64,000 nucleotides of DNA, from assembly GCA_964610735.1 (NCBI GenBank), contig CAZSYH010000004.1:5299-69298 (forward strand). The letters are read 5' to 3'. The stretch is from an uncultured Syntrophaceae bacterium (GTDB lineage: Bacteria; Desulfobacterota; Syntrophia; Syntrophales; UBA2210). Below are positions 29,294 to 38,437 of this stretch, in pieces. The number at the start of each line of letters is the position of its first letter. Within the stretch, counting starts at the first letter, position 1. The position numbers and the translations under genes were made by a program. The notes under the pieces are model-generated. The model ran no database searches. It worked only from the letters and a program-made list of their open reading frames with translations, and had not been told where the DNA came from.

Positions 29294-30769
29294 TTAATTA
29301 GTAAAAATCCCTTGCAGTTCATGCCGTATTTTATTCCCTGTATTCTTATCCCACAGATATATAATTCCTAGATAGATAATACTACCTAGAAATACTATCA
29401 TAAAGAAGCTAAGGATATCATTCATAGATGGAAACAAGCTATGGCTCAATAATATGACGAGAAATACTATAGAAACAGCAATGATTGGCGCTACTACACT
29501 CATGAAAAAATGTTTATACGTAAAGTTTATGATATTCTTTGTCTCTTTAATAATTAAAATTAAAGTTAGGATATTAGGAATAACGACTGCCAGAGACGAT
29601 CCTAAAATACCCCATTTAATGGTCAGTGGATAAATAATCACAGCCATCACGATCAATTGAATGGTAGAAAGTTTGGTCTGAATCTTTGGTCTACCGGCGC
29701 TATAAAGAATGGGACCCATAGTCGCGCCTATGGATCGCGTAATCCCGAATATACACAACACCTGCATTGCCGTCACCATCGGCATCCATTTTTCTCCTAG
29801 GAATATTTTTGTAAAATCTGGGGCTAAGACAAAGATTAGACCTGCTATGGGAAAAGCTAAGAATGCGGTGAGCTGTAGTACCCTGAGATATGCTTCCCTC
29901 ATATTGGGAATATTATCCTGCATTTTTGAATAAGCTGGGAATGTAACCTGAGAAATTACATGGGTTATTTCAGTAGCAGGCACATTTGATATGAGGTAAG
30001 CCATCTGGTAAAATCCTAAAGCCGTAACTCCAAGCATTTTGCCTAAGAAAATATCGTCTCCTTGCGTAATTAAAAAAATCAATATACTGGAACCCAATAC
30101 CCATTTACCAAAACCAAATAGTTCCTTAAATTCACCCTTATCAAACCTGACATGAGGCCAGTATGGGTGAAGTATATAAGACATGAAAAGTCGAACAAAG
30201 TTAGCTGCAAGCCATCCCCAGACCAGCGCCCAGACATTTCGGAGCATAAATGCCAGTGTGATGGCAACAGTCAATTCCACTAAAGTCGCAGAAAGTTCAT
30301 AAATAAATTGTTTATTAAACTCAAGTTCCTTCTGGAAGAAGAGGATCCCTATATTTCTAAAACCTGAAAAAAGCGTAGATACGGCAATGACTTTTATCAC
30401 CAGCACGGCCTGGGGCGAGTTGAAAAATTTGGCAACTACCGGCGCTAATAAAAAAAGGATTAAAAACAGAACAATCCCCCGGATAGCGGAAAACGTCCAT
30501 GCTGTATCGAGATACGGTTCAACATTCTCCTTTTTCTGTATTAAAGCTGCCTGAAATCCTGTTTGTGAAAAGGTTTCCAGCGTGGATACTGCAAGCAGGG
30601 CGATGCCAAGGAGTCCGAAATCTCCCGGTGACAATAAACGGGCAAGAATAATGGTCTTGATAAAGCCGAGGCTGCGACTGATAAGTTGCAGCCCCAAGAT
30701 CCATCTTCCACCCCGGACAACCCTTTTTGAAAGAGATTCGGGCTCATGGCTATTGTTCATGTTGGTCAT
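29294..30769 (-). CDS. Wzx-like polysaccharide flippase (MOP/PST family)
   Basis: About 12-14 TM segments. N-terminus 'RGGRWILGLQLISRSLGFIKTIILARLLSPGDFGLLGIAL' is typical of PST-family transporters. Confidence 0.8.
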   Translation of the reverse strand: MTNMNNSHEPESLSKRVVRGGRWILGLQLISRSLGFIKTIILARLLSPGDFGLLGIALLAVSTLETFSQTGFQAALIQKKENVEPYLDTAWTFSAIRGIVLFLILFLLAPVVAKFFNSPQAVLVIKVIAVSTLFSGFRNIGILFFQKELEFNKQFIYELSATLVELTVAITLAFMLRNVWALVWGWLAANFVRLFMSYILHPYWPHVRFDKGEFKELFGFGKWVLGSSILIFLITQGDDIFLGKMLGVTALGFYQMAYLISNVPATEITHVISQVTFPAYSKMQDNIPNMREAYLRVLQLTAFLAFPIAGLIFVLAPDFTKIFLGEKWMPMVTAMQVLCIFGITRSIGATMGPILYSAGRPKIQTKLSTIQLIVMAVIIYPLTIKWGILGSSLAVVIPNILTLILIIKETKNIINFTYKHFFMSVVAPIIAVSIVFLVILLSHSLFPSMNDILSFFMIVFLGSIIYLGIIYLWDKNTGNKIRHELQGIFTN

Positions 30770-30793
30770 TTCATTGTTGTCTGGTTTCTATAG

Positions 30794-32200
30794 TTATGCC
30801 TTGGCATTGAGATCTGCCCTTGCCTCCACTTCACCCGCTTCTATCGTGGGGATCATAATGATTATGGCTGTTAAAAACCAGAAGGGCTCCATGATACGTA
30901 CTATAACAAAGGTGTTTGTCCCGATGGCGTGGACCAGCATAGCCACAAACCCTGCCAGATATCCAAGAGAAATGCCGCTGAAAAAGGGATCCGAAGTGTT
31001 TCGATACGTGTTCAAGGCGTGTTTGTATATGGAAAAAATCAGCGCCAAAAACGCGATAAACCCTAAAATACCAGTTTCAACCAAAACCCTCGGATACTGG
31101 GCGTCCAGAAAACCATAGCCGGCAACCCCGTAACCAAAAACAGGATGTTTTATAAAATCCCTTGTTAGAATATCTTTCCATGAATTAATCCTTGCGGAAG
31201 TGGATGTATCGATCCTGATACCCCCCACCTCTATCTGTCCCATCTCTCTTCGCTGGGTAACTGTAAACAGCGCTCTTTCTTTTACTGCCTTCGGCATAAG
31301 AAATGGAGAAATTAACACAATAATAATCAGAGGAACAACGATCACCAGTTTCTTTTTGCTGAAATAGATCAGGATAAGCAGCATGGGCATCACAGTCAGC
31401 CAGGAACTCCTGGAAAGAGTTGCCAGAAGCGATATTGCAATCAAGATCACCAGTACACCCAGAAATGTTTTTCGCCTCATTGAATCTGATGTTACAAGAA
31501 GTCCAAGGGTAATCGAAAGCATTAGAATAAGATATCCGCCAAGCGTATTCGGCTCACCCATTTCACCTTCAAACGGGGCTGTCACCCTGCCACCCGCGGG
31601 TATCTGTAATATTGCGATAACGCAAATAATTAGACAGACTACCAGCATGGCCATAATAAAGCGCCTGATCTGTTCCTTGTCTCTTAGATAATTAGCCACC
31701 ATAAAATATATGATGAAATACTCAAAGTACTTTAAGACATAGAATAGCCCCGTCATCAAATTGAGTCTGCCCATTGCAAACCCGATCAGGGTTGATACAA
31801 GACAGACGGCAATATAGTAAGCGATTGGCCCGTTTAAAGGGGTTTCCAGAAAAAGACCTAATTCCTTTCTTACTGCAGTTCTTGCAAACCAGCCAAGGCC
31901 TATAATTATCAGCAGAAAGTCATCAAGGCAAAAGGTAATACCACGTCCAGCCGTTCCCTTTCCCATCAAATCCCCAACAATAAACTCCGGACTGAGGAGC
32001 ATGGACGCGATAAGAAGATACAGCGCTGCTTGTGCACTCAGGAAACTGGTAACAACAAGTACAAAAATTACTATTACGAACAGGGATGTATATATGGATA
32101 CTTCGGTAACGAGAAAAGCGCCAAGGCCTGTCAATATAGCGACGGTAAGCAAAAGAAATGCTGATTCTGCTTTGATCTGTCCGTTTTCTGCTCTTATCAT
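30794..32200 (-). CDS. O-antigen ligase/polymerase-like (Wzy_C-type) membrane protein
   Basis: Polytopic membrane protein with a 'LLATLSRSSWLTV' loop motif typical of the Wzy/WaaL family. Confidence 0.6.
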   Translation of the reverse strand: MIRAENGQIKAESAFLLLTVAILTGLGAFLVTEVSIYTSLFVIVIFVLVVTSFLSAQAALYLLIASMLLSPEFIVGDLMGKGTAGRGITFCLDDFLLIIIGLGWFARTAVRKELGLFLETPLNGPIAYYIAVCLVSTLIGFAMGRLNLMTGLFYVLKYFEYFIIYFMVANYLRDKEQIRRFIMAMLVVCLIICVIAILQIPAGGRVTAPFEGEMGEPNTLGGYLILMLSITLGLLVTSDSMRRKTFLGVLVILIAISLLATLSRSSWLTVMPMLLILIYFSKKKLVIVVPLIIIVLISPFLMPKAVKERALFTVTQRREMGQIEVGGIRIDTSTSARINSWKDILTRDFIKHPVFGYGVAGYGFLDAQYPRVLVETGILGFIAFLALIFSIYKHALNTYRNTSDPFFSGISLGYLAGFVAMLVHAIGTNTFVIVRIMEPFWFLTAIIIMIPTIEAGEVEARADLNAKA

Positions 32201-32231
32201 TTCACCGGAAGTTTATAAACCGCTTGCCATG

Positions 32232-32504
32232 TTAATGTAAGCCTTTTGCCTTATCCTTATATTTTTTGATAAGATCATCAATATTCTCTTTCCCGGCCTT
32301 TTCAATGTCTTTCATCTTTTCACCAGCGATTCTGTCAGCCTTTTTTTGAATCGTTCTATCCAGAAAAGACGAAACCCTGTCGGTGATAAAAACCAGTACA
32401 AAGGCCAGTACCAGACAAATAACAGTGATTAGAAGCAGATATCGTAATTCATTTCTGAAGGTAGATTTTCTTTTTACCCTTATTTTCTTACGTTTTACTT
32501 TCAT
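32232..32504 (-). CDS. Small single-pass membrane protein, unknown function
   Basis: Basic N-terminus, the TM helix 'LLLITVICLVLAFVLVFI', and a charged tail. Tightly packed between the Wzz-kinase and Wzy-like genes. Confidence 0.4.
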   Translation of the reverse strand: MKVKRKKIRVKRKSTFRNELRYLLLITVICLVLAFVLVFITDRVSSFLDRTIQKKADRIAGEKMKDIEKAGKENIDDLIKKYKDKAKGLH

Positions 32505-32510
32505 GCATAT

Positions 32511-35500
32511 CTAATCAGCAAAATGAGAAGAAGAAACTTCGAAAATCTGACTGCCTGAATATGCCTTTGCCAACTTTTTTTCCCTCATAAATCTGATAGA
32601 TTCATATCTCTTGCTAAATTGTCCCACCAGGACGACATACCACTCTTCACCCTTTGTGTTATTAAACTCAATCCAGTATGCTTCCATCCCATCTGATCTT
32701 AACTTTACCGCAAGTCTCTCCGCGTTTTCCTTGTCGCGAAACGAACCGACCTGTACAGCGTACCGCGAGGCACTTGCCGTCTTTTCTGTCTTGCCTGAAA
32801 CATCAATTTCTGTCTGTTGCTTCAACGTCCCACTCTCTTCAAACGCTCTGCTGCCCCCTTCAGGAGCGACACTCTTCTCCACGACAGGAGGTTCAACAGG
32901 GCTTCTGGCGGGATGACCGGCGACAGGTTCTTCCACCACTGGCTCAGATTCCTCCACAGGGAGGACAGGGAGGGCTATCTCCTTTTTGTCTGGCGCGACA
33001 ATGTCAGTCTGCTGTTTTGATGATTCACTTCCTATGCTGATAACCTTCTTCTTGATGACAGGTTTCACAATAATGGCTTTGGTAAAAGAATCGCTGTCAT
33101 GACTTACGGGCAGAATAGTGGTAAACCAGGGCAATTGCAGGTAACCCATTTGATACGAAACAGCAACGCTCAAAAGCATTAAGGCAATTAAAAGAATGCC
33201 TGACTTTACTGGCAAGGACTTCCCTTCTTTCTTTTTCCCTGAATCCTTCATGACAGGCGCGGATTTGTCTATCTTCTTTTTTTCGGAATTTTTCCTGAAA
33301 ATGGCCGTCACGAATGTTGGAATCGACAGCAATCTACTCAAAAATGACCCTGCCAGCTTTTCCTTGTCTTCCGCAGCGTAGTAGTAATTATACTTGTAAT
33401 AATCCTGACGGGTAAAATCAGGACTTATGTCTGCCTTAAGACCGTTAAGAACAATACCTATAACTTTTGCCTTGACATTATCAAGCTGAGCTTTCGCCCT
33501 CTTCAGAACAGCCCGGGCAATCTTACCTACGCGATACACCAGAATCACACTATCCACAACGGAAGCATAAATCGCTGCATCAGTCGCGGAAAGAAGTGGG
33601 GGCGCATCTAATAAAACCACATCATACTCAAATCTTGCCTCTTTAATCAATTCCACGAACCTGTGGGAACCGGCCAGTTCAGAGGGGTTAGGCGGGATTG
33701 TCCCACTTGTCAGGATATGAAGATTATCCATTCCGGGAGTCTTCATAATATCATCCATGCTCATTTTCCCTGTCATGATATCAGTAACACTCCTTTCCGC
33801 ATCTTCCAGTGAGTAATTTCCTAATATCACATCCGACAGGCCGGGCATCAAATCAATGCCAAACACGCTTGCAATCACAGGCTTTCTCATGTCTCCATCA
33901 ATAAGAAGGACTTTTTTGCCAGCCTGGGCCATGGTAACGGCGAGATTGATTACTGTTGTAGTTTTACCTTCCCTGGGAGAAGAACTGGTAAAGGCAATGG
34001 CCTTTATATTATTTTCCAGGATGGCAAAGCTCAAATTGGTTCTGAGAGACCTGTAACTCTCTGCCAGCGTCGATTTGGGTGCAAAATGCGATATAATTCG
34101 CGTATACCTCTCCGCGGTTTTGTCGTCTATATCAATCGAACTTTCATTAAGAATTGTTGCCTTGATATCACGAAGACTGACATGGGGAATAACCCCAAGA
34201 ACATTAACACCTGTAATTTCTTCAACCTCTTCTATGGCGCCTACCGAGGTATCAAAAGTCTCCACCACAAACGCGAACACAAGACCCAGAATTAATCCTA
34301 TAAGGGTCCCGACAGCGCCGGTTGCAGCTGTTTTTGGCGGATTTATGGGTGCAGTCGGTTCCAGGGCAGGTTTTACTATCTGAACCTCTTCAACTTTTTC
34401 GGCCTCCTGTATAAGCGATTCCTGATACTTCTTTTCTAACAGGGTATAAACCTCCCTGTTGACCGAAACCACTTGCTCAAGTCTCTCCAACTCCAACCCT
34501 TTTTCCGGCAACGCCATGATTTGACCATCTAACTCATCGATTCCCCGCTTCATATCCTTTATACTGACAGCAACAGTCTTTTCCTGGGAAGAAAGCTGGG
34601 CAGACATATTCTTTACTATTTCGAAGACCTGCTTATTTATTTCTACAATATGAGGATAATCCTCCGTATAAACGAGAAGCAGGGAATCTCTCTCTAACAC
34701 GAGCTGAACAAGTCTGTCATTGAGGCTTTTATAAAGGCCTGAAGCCTCATTGATATAGAAACTGGTTTCTGAAGTCAGAGGTTTATTTTTAGCTCTTTCA
34801 AGATATTCCTGTACTTTTTTTATCTTTTGATAATCTCCCTCGGCTTCCTCACTGGCAACCTTTAAGGCTGCCATCTGATTTAACATTGTGGAAGTCTGGG
34901 CACTTAACGAAATCAGATTATTCTCTTCCCTGAATTTTCTGACCGCATCCTCGGCATCTCTCAATTTCTTTTTGACAACTGTCAACTGGCTCTCAATGAA
35001 TTTTTTTGCCTCAAAGGTTCTCTTGTTGAGGTCACGGACATGCTGCTCTTTGTAAACCCGGGCTATGGTATTGGCTACCCGCTGGGCAAATACGGGGTCT
35101 CCCGTGGTTACCATTATATTAATAATGTTGCTGTAGCCTTCCTGCTCTGTTTCTACACTGTTTCTCAGGTTCATTAATCTGTCCTGATATTTTCTGTTGG
35201 CACGCACCTCTTCAGATGGAAGACCGGAAGGTATAAGATTGAGTCTCTTTGCGGCCTCCTCCATAATGTAATAACTTTTTATTATGGCGGCCTGTGTCTG
35301 CATATAATCTGTTTGAGACCAGGAAACAGTTTGAACATAAAGGCCTGTGACAGAGCCGCTTTGCTCAACCTTTACACTGGCTGCTGCCTGATACAAAGGA
35401 TCGGGCTGCGATATAATCGAAAACAAAAAGCTGAAGCACCCCAGAGCAACAGTGGTGAAAACGATAATAAACTTTCTCCTTCTGATAACACGCCAGTAGT

Positions 35501-35531
35501 CCCGAAGGTTCAGATCATATTTTGTTGCCAT
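32511..35531 (-). CDS. Chain-length determinant (Wzz/GumC) + BY-type tyrosine kinase + C-terminal SPOR domain fusion
   Basis: N-terminal TM helix and a long coiled periplasmic region. Walker A 'SSSPREGKTTT', A' 'VLLIDGDMRKP', B 'YDVVLLDAPP'. Tyr cluster 'RQDYYKYNYYYAAED'. A further TM helix, a Pro-rich linker, then SPOR-like 'YAVQVGSFRDKENAERLAVKL...WYVVLVGQF'. Confidence 0.85.
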   Translation of the reverse strand: MATKYDLNLRDYWRVIRRRKFIIVFTTVALGCFSFLFSIISQPDPLYQAAASVKVEQSGSVTGLYVQTVSWSQTDYMQTQAAIIKSYYIMEEAAKRLNLIPSGLPSEEVRANRKYQDRLMNLRNSVETEQEGYSNIINIMVTTGDPVFAQRVANTIARVYKEQHVRDLNKRTFEAKKFIESQLTVVKKKLRDAEDAVRKFREENNLISLSAQTSTMLNQMAALKVASEEAEGDYQKIKKVQEYLERAKNKPLTSETSFYINEASGLYKSLNDRLVQLVLERDSLLLVYTEDYPHIVEINKQVFEIVKNMSAQLSSQEKTVAVSIKDMKRGIDELDGQIMALPEKGLELERLEQVVSVNREVYTLLEKKYQESLIQEAEKVEEVQIVKPALEPTAPINPPKTAATGAVGTLIGLILGLVFAFVVETFDTSVGAIEEVEEITGVNVLGVIPHVSLRDIKATILNESSIDIDDKTAERYTRIISHFAPKSTLAESYRSLRTNLSFAILENNIKAIAFTSSSPREGKTTTVINLAVTMAQAGKKVLLIDGDMRKPVIASVFGIDLMPGLSDVILGNYSLEDAERSVTDIMTGKMSMDDIMKTPGMDNLHILTSGTIPPNPSELAGSHRFVELIKEARFEYDVVLLDAPPLLSATDAAIYASVVDSVILVYRVGKIARAVLKRAKAQLDNVKAKVIGIVLNGLKADISPDFTRQDYYKYNYYYAAEDKEKLAGSFLSRLLSIPTFVTAIFRKNSEKKKIDKSAPVMKDSGKKKEGKSLPVKSGILLIALMLLSVAVSYQMGYLQLPWFTTILPVSHDSDSFTKAIIVKPVIKKKVISIGSESSKQQTDIVAPDKKEIALPVLPVEESEPVVEEPVAGHPARSPVEPPVVEKSVAPEGGSRAFEESGTLKQQTEIDVSGKTEKTASASRYAVQVGSFRDKENAERLAVKLRSDGMEAYWIEFNNTKGEEWYVVLVGQFSKRYESIRFMREKKLAKAYSGSQIFEVSSSHFAD

Positions 35532-35602
35532 ATCGATAAAATTCCTTTGGCTGAGTAGTCAAATGTTCGACTATTTTTCTACCAGGTTGCTCAATAATTC
35601 AC

Positions 35603-36745
35603 CTAATTAAGCTTGTTAAAACGAAGATGGGAAGCCGGGTTAAAATACGCGTCTCTGTACTCGCCGGGGTACAGCATATAATCCAGAAGCGGTATTGTAT
35701 TTGCTATAAATTCATTAAGATCGCCTATCGCTGTTCTTGGGACATAAACCACATCTCCATCCTTCAGCGGAATATTCTGGGCCATATCCCCTTTCTTTAA
35801 TATTTCATCAAGATTTGCGGCAAGTATAATCGGCTTCTCACGATTGTTCTCATAGCCCCTGATAATTTTTATATCCGAGTCCACAGCCACCCTCGTTGTG
35901 CTACCGGCAATGGAAATTGCCGACATAAGGTCACTGGCATCCTTAAGCCTGTATATGCCCTGGGAAGCAACCTCTCCAAGGACATATACCCTTTCTCCAT
36001 ACGTAGGCAGCTCCGGAACTGTTATGATATCGCCATTATCTACGATAACATTCTGACTGCTGTCACCTTTGAACATGACATCGTAAACATTGATGGTGTA
36101 ACTTCTTCCCTTTCTTGCCACCTCCACCCGTCTGAGGTCCGCGTTGGCATACTCCTGACCTGAAATCGCTCCGCCCGCAGTAACAATCAAATCAAGAACC
36201 GTAATTTTCCCATCAAGGCTATAGCTGCCCGGCCCCGAAACTCGCCAGTCATATCTGTTGATTTGACCCATAAGCAGGGCGCTTTTGCTCTTGTATTCTT
36301 TTACAATAATCTCTATTCTCGGATGTCTGATGTATCTTTTTAATGCATTCGTCAGCATTTCATCCACTTCATGGGCTGTATATCCGTCCACCATCAAATC
36401 ATCAACAAAAGAAAATGAGATCCTGCCGTCAGGACGCACTATAGTATCATATTCTTTAGAAACTTGACCCTCCGTGAATTTAATTATCAGCTTGTCACCA
36501 GGACCTATCTTGTACTCGGGAATACCTCGTCTCTCTGTAAACACACTGTTTTCAGTAACCTGGCTCATCCGGGCAACTTCTTCTCCCATCTCTTTTTTCC
36601 GCTGCATATCTACTTCTTCAGCTGCCTTTGAAGGCCTGAATTCCTTAACGGGTATCCCCCTTGCCTCGAAGGTACACGATGAAATAAACATAATAGAGAA
36701 ACCTGCGAAAAGCGCCAGAATTATATTTACCGTCTTGCAAACCAT
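35603..36745 (-). CDS. Polysaccharide export lipoprotein (Wza-like, Poly_export + SLBB)
   Basis: Lipobox 'FISSC', 'YKIGPGDKLIIKF', and repeated SLBB-like 'GDIITVPE' / 'GDVVYVPR'. Confidence 0.8.
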   Translation of the reverse strand: MVCKTVNIILALFAGFSIMFISSCTFEARGIPVKEFRPSKAAEEVDMQRKKEMGEEVARMSQVTENSVFTERRGIPEYKIGPGDKLIIKFTEGQVSKEYDTIVRPDGRISFSFVDDLMVDGYTAHEVDEMLTNALKRYIRHPRIEIIVKEYKSKSALLMGQINRYDWRVSGPGSYSLDGKITVLDLIVTAGGAISGQEYANADLRRVEVARKGRSYTINVYDVMFKGDSSQNVIVDNGDIITVPELPTYGERVYVLGEVASQGIYRLKDASDLMSAISIAGSTTRVAVDSDIKIIRGYENNREKPIILAANLDEILKKGDMAQNIPLKDGDVVYVPRTAIGDLNEFIANTIPLLDYMLYPGEYRDAYFNPASHLRFNKLN

Positions 36746-36842
36746 CGCCTTTTCTCCTTAAAATTGTTCTCCAATAAGGACTTCTTCAAATAATTATTTT
36801 GAGACGTTTGTAAAACTTGCAACCGTCTCAAAACCCATCCAG

Positions 36843-36879
36843 GATGGGTTTCATAACATGTTAATTTTAAAATAAAATT
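36843..36879. promoter_or_regulatory. 37-bp intergenic repeat, copy 1 (contains palindromes TAACATGTTA and ATTTTAAAAT)
   Basis: GATGGGTTTCATAACATGTTAATTTTAAAATAAAATT. It is identical to copy 2 except at one base. Its left end pairs with 36831-36839 (AAACCCATC) to form a hairpin. Confidence 0.6.
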
Positions 36880-36961
36880 TAAGGAATGCCGGATAACACC
36901 ACCGCAAAACAAAATACACGCTCCGAGTTACTAAACCAAAAAATCGCAGGAAAAGCAATAT

Positions 36962-36985
36962 TTATCTTGAATTTTATCTTGAATT
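36962..36985. promoter_or_regulatory. Tandem 12-bp direct repeat TTATCTTGAATT x2
   Basis: Read directly from the sequence. It lies between the two 37-bp repeats. Confidence 0.5.
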
Positions 36986-37091
36986 CGGAAAGGTTATCAT
37001 GTATGTCCACTACACGATTGCATGGATGTCATCTGCCCTGAGAAGGGCCGTAAAATAGATCTAACCGGTGCAAAATCTAAAATCTTATGCA

Positions 37092-37128
37092 GATGGGTTT
37101 CGTAACATGTTAATTTTAAAATAAAATT
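37092..37128. promoter_or_regulatory. 37-bp intergenic repeat, copy 2
   Basis: GATGGGTTTCGTAACATGTTAATTTTAAAATAAAATT, located 56 nt upstream of the HD-GYP gene start. TAAAAT hexamers at 37117-37127 could act as a -10 element. Confidence 0.6.
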
Positions 37129-37183
37129 CGATAAAAACCTAAAAGAGCTTCCCCTCAAAGCGAGATCTTTTTTAAAGGTTTCA

Positions 37184-38296
37184 ATGGGAAATCACACCAA
37201 ACAGGTCGTTAAGAGAAAAGTTATGGTAAGATATTCCGATGTTATAAAAAAAGGCAGCACAAAAAGGGAATCCGAAGAAGAAGACCTGATGGATCCCGAA
37301 AAGACTAACGATTCTCTACGTTTCAGCACCTTAAAAGAATCCGGCATACCTTCTGATTTAAATCCTGTGCCCGCGCAAAAAGACACTGAAGACATAAAAA
37401 AACTTCACTCAACCATCGTGGATTATCTTGTAGAAGTCCAAGGTCGTTTAAAAAATGATGATCAGTTTGACATCATTCAAGCAATTGGTATCATAAACCA
37501 CATCATAAACACGCCCGGCTTGATCGAAAGATTCTATCAGTTAACAGCCCTTTCCGGTGAGCGCAACGAAGAAGAAAACTACTTGATCCTGCATTTGGTC
37601 AACGTTCTGTCTTGTGCCCTCAAAATTGGCTCAGGTCTGAAATATTCCAAGGAAGAACTTCTCGAGCTTGGTCTAGCCGCAATCTTCTACGACATAGGAT
37701 TCTTCAAAATACCGGAAAGCGTAATAGAAAAAAAAGGGAAGCTTACAACGGCCGAAATAAACGCTATAAGAAGTCACATTGAAATCGGGAAAAACATCCT
37801 GTCTCAGTTTCGGACCGAACATCCAATGCTGGCCCGTGTCGCCCTTGAACACCACGAAAGAGAAGACGGAAGTGGTTATACGAAAGGGTTAAAAAAGGAT
37901 GAAATATGTGAATATGCAAAAATAACAGGTCTGGCTGATACCTTTGATGCCATGATTCGCAACCGCCCTTATAGAAAAGCACTCGCGCAACATTTTTCCG
38001 TTAAAGAACTTGTTACATCAAAGAATTCCATGTTTTCTTCAAAAATTATCAAGGTTTTTCTCGAGGAAATAGGTATTTTCCCTGTCGGAAGCTATGTCCG
38101 GCTCAATAATATGGAAATAGCCAGAGTAGTTGAAAACAGTAAGATCCACCCGCTGAAACCAACCGTTAAACTGATCATTGACGACCAGGGGGAAAATGTG
38201 CCCGGAGAAACCATAATCACCCTTGAAAATCATCCTCTTTTATATGTCACAGCGGCCGTTGACAGAGAAGACCTTCCTTCGGAACAGGTTGTTTAG
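37184..38296 (+). CDS. HD-GYP-family protein with degenerate catalytic motifs
   Basis: 'LEHHEREDGSGYTKGL' (GYP changed to GYT). The HD position reads 'AAIFYDIGF' where the canonical sequence is xLLHDIGK. 'DTFDAMIRNRPYR' is retained. Confidence 0.75.
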   Translation: MGNHTKQVVKRKVMVRYSDVIKKGSTKRESEEEDLMDPEKTNDSLRFSTLKESGIPSDLNPVPAQKDTEDIKKLHSTIVDYLVEVQGRLKNDDQFDIIQAIGIINHIINTPGLIERFYQLTALSGERNEEENYLILHLVNVLSCALKIGSGLKYSKEELLELGLAAIFYDIGFFKIPESVIEKKGKLTTAEINAIRSHIEIGKNILSQFRTEHPMLARVALEHHEREDGSGYTKGLKKDEICEYAKITGLADTFDAMIRNRPYRKALAQHFSVKELVTSKNSMFSSKIIKVFLEEIGIFPVGSYVRLNNMEIARVVENSKIHPLKPTVKLIIDDQGENVPGETIITLENHPLLYVTAAVDREDLPSEQVV

Positions 38297-38306
38297 GCTG
38301 CAGATA

Positions 38307-38329
38307 CCCCACAGGGAATGCCCTTGGGG
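38307..38329. terminator. Hairpin between convergent genes (possible bidirectional terminator)
   Basis: CCCCACAGGG-AATG-CCCTTGGGG, with one bulged base. No clear U-tract on either strand. Confidence 0.3.
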
Positions 38330-38437
38330 CACTGAAGGCTATCAGTAAAAGAGGTTTTCACATAGCCCTCATTTTTGCTCAATTCTGGTCATTGCGAGAA
38401 CCAGGTAAGCTTTTACTTGCTATAGATAATTAGAGTT

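Noticed and set aside
36999-37058. A 19-codon mini-ORF (MYVHYTIAWMSSALRRAVK) with a GGAAAGG SD-like sequence, lying between the two 37-bp repeats.
   Set aside because: It is too short to support from sequence alone, and conservation cannot be assessed. It is mentioned only as a possible leader peptide or sRNA-encoded peptide if transcription from repeat copy 1 is shown.
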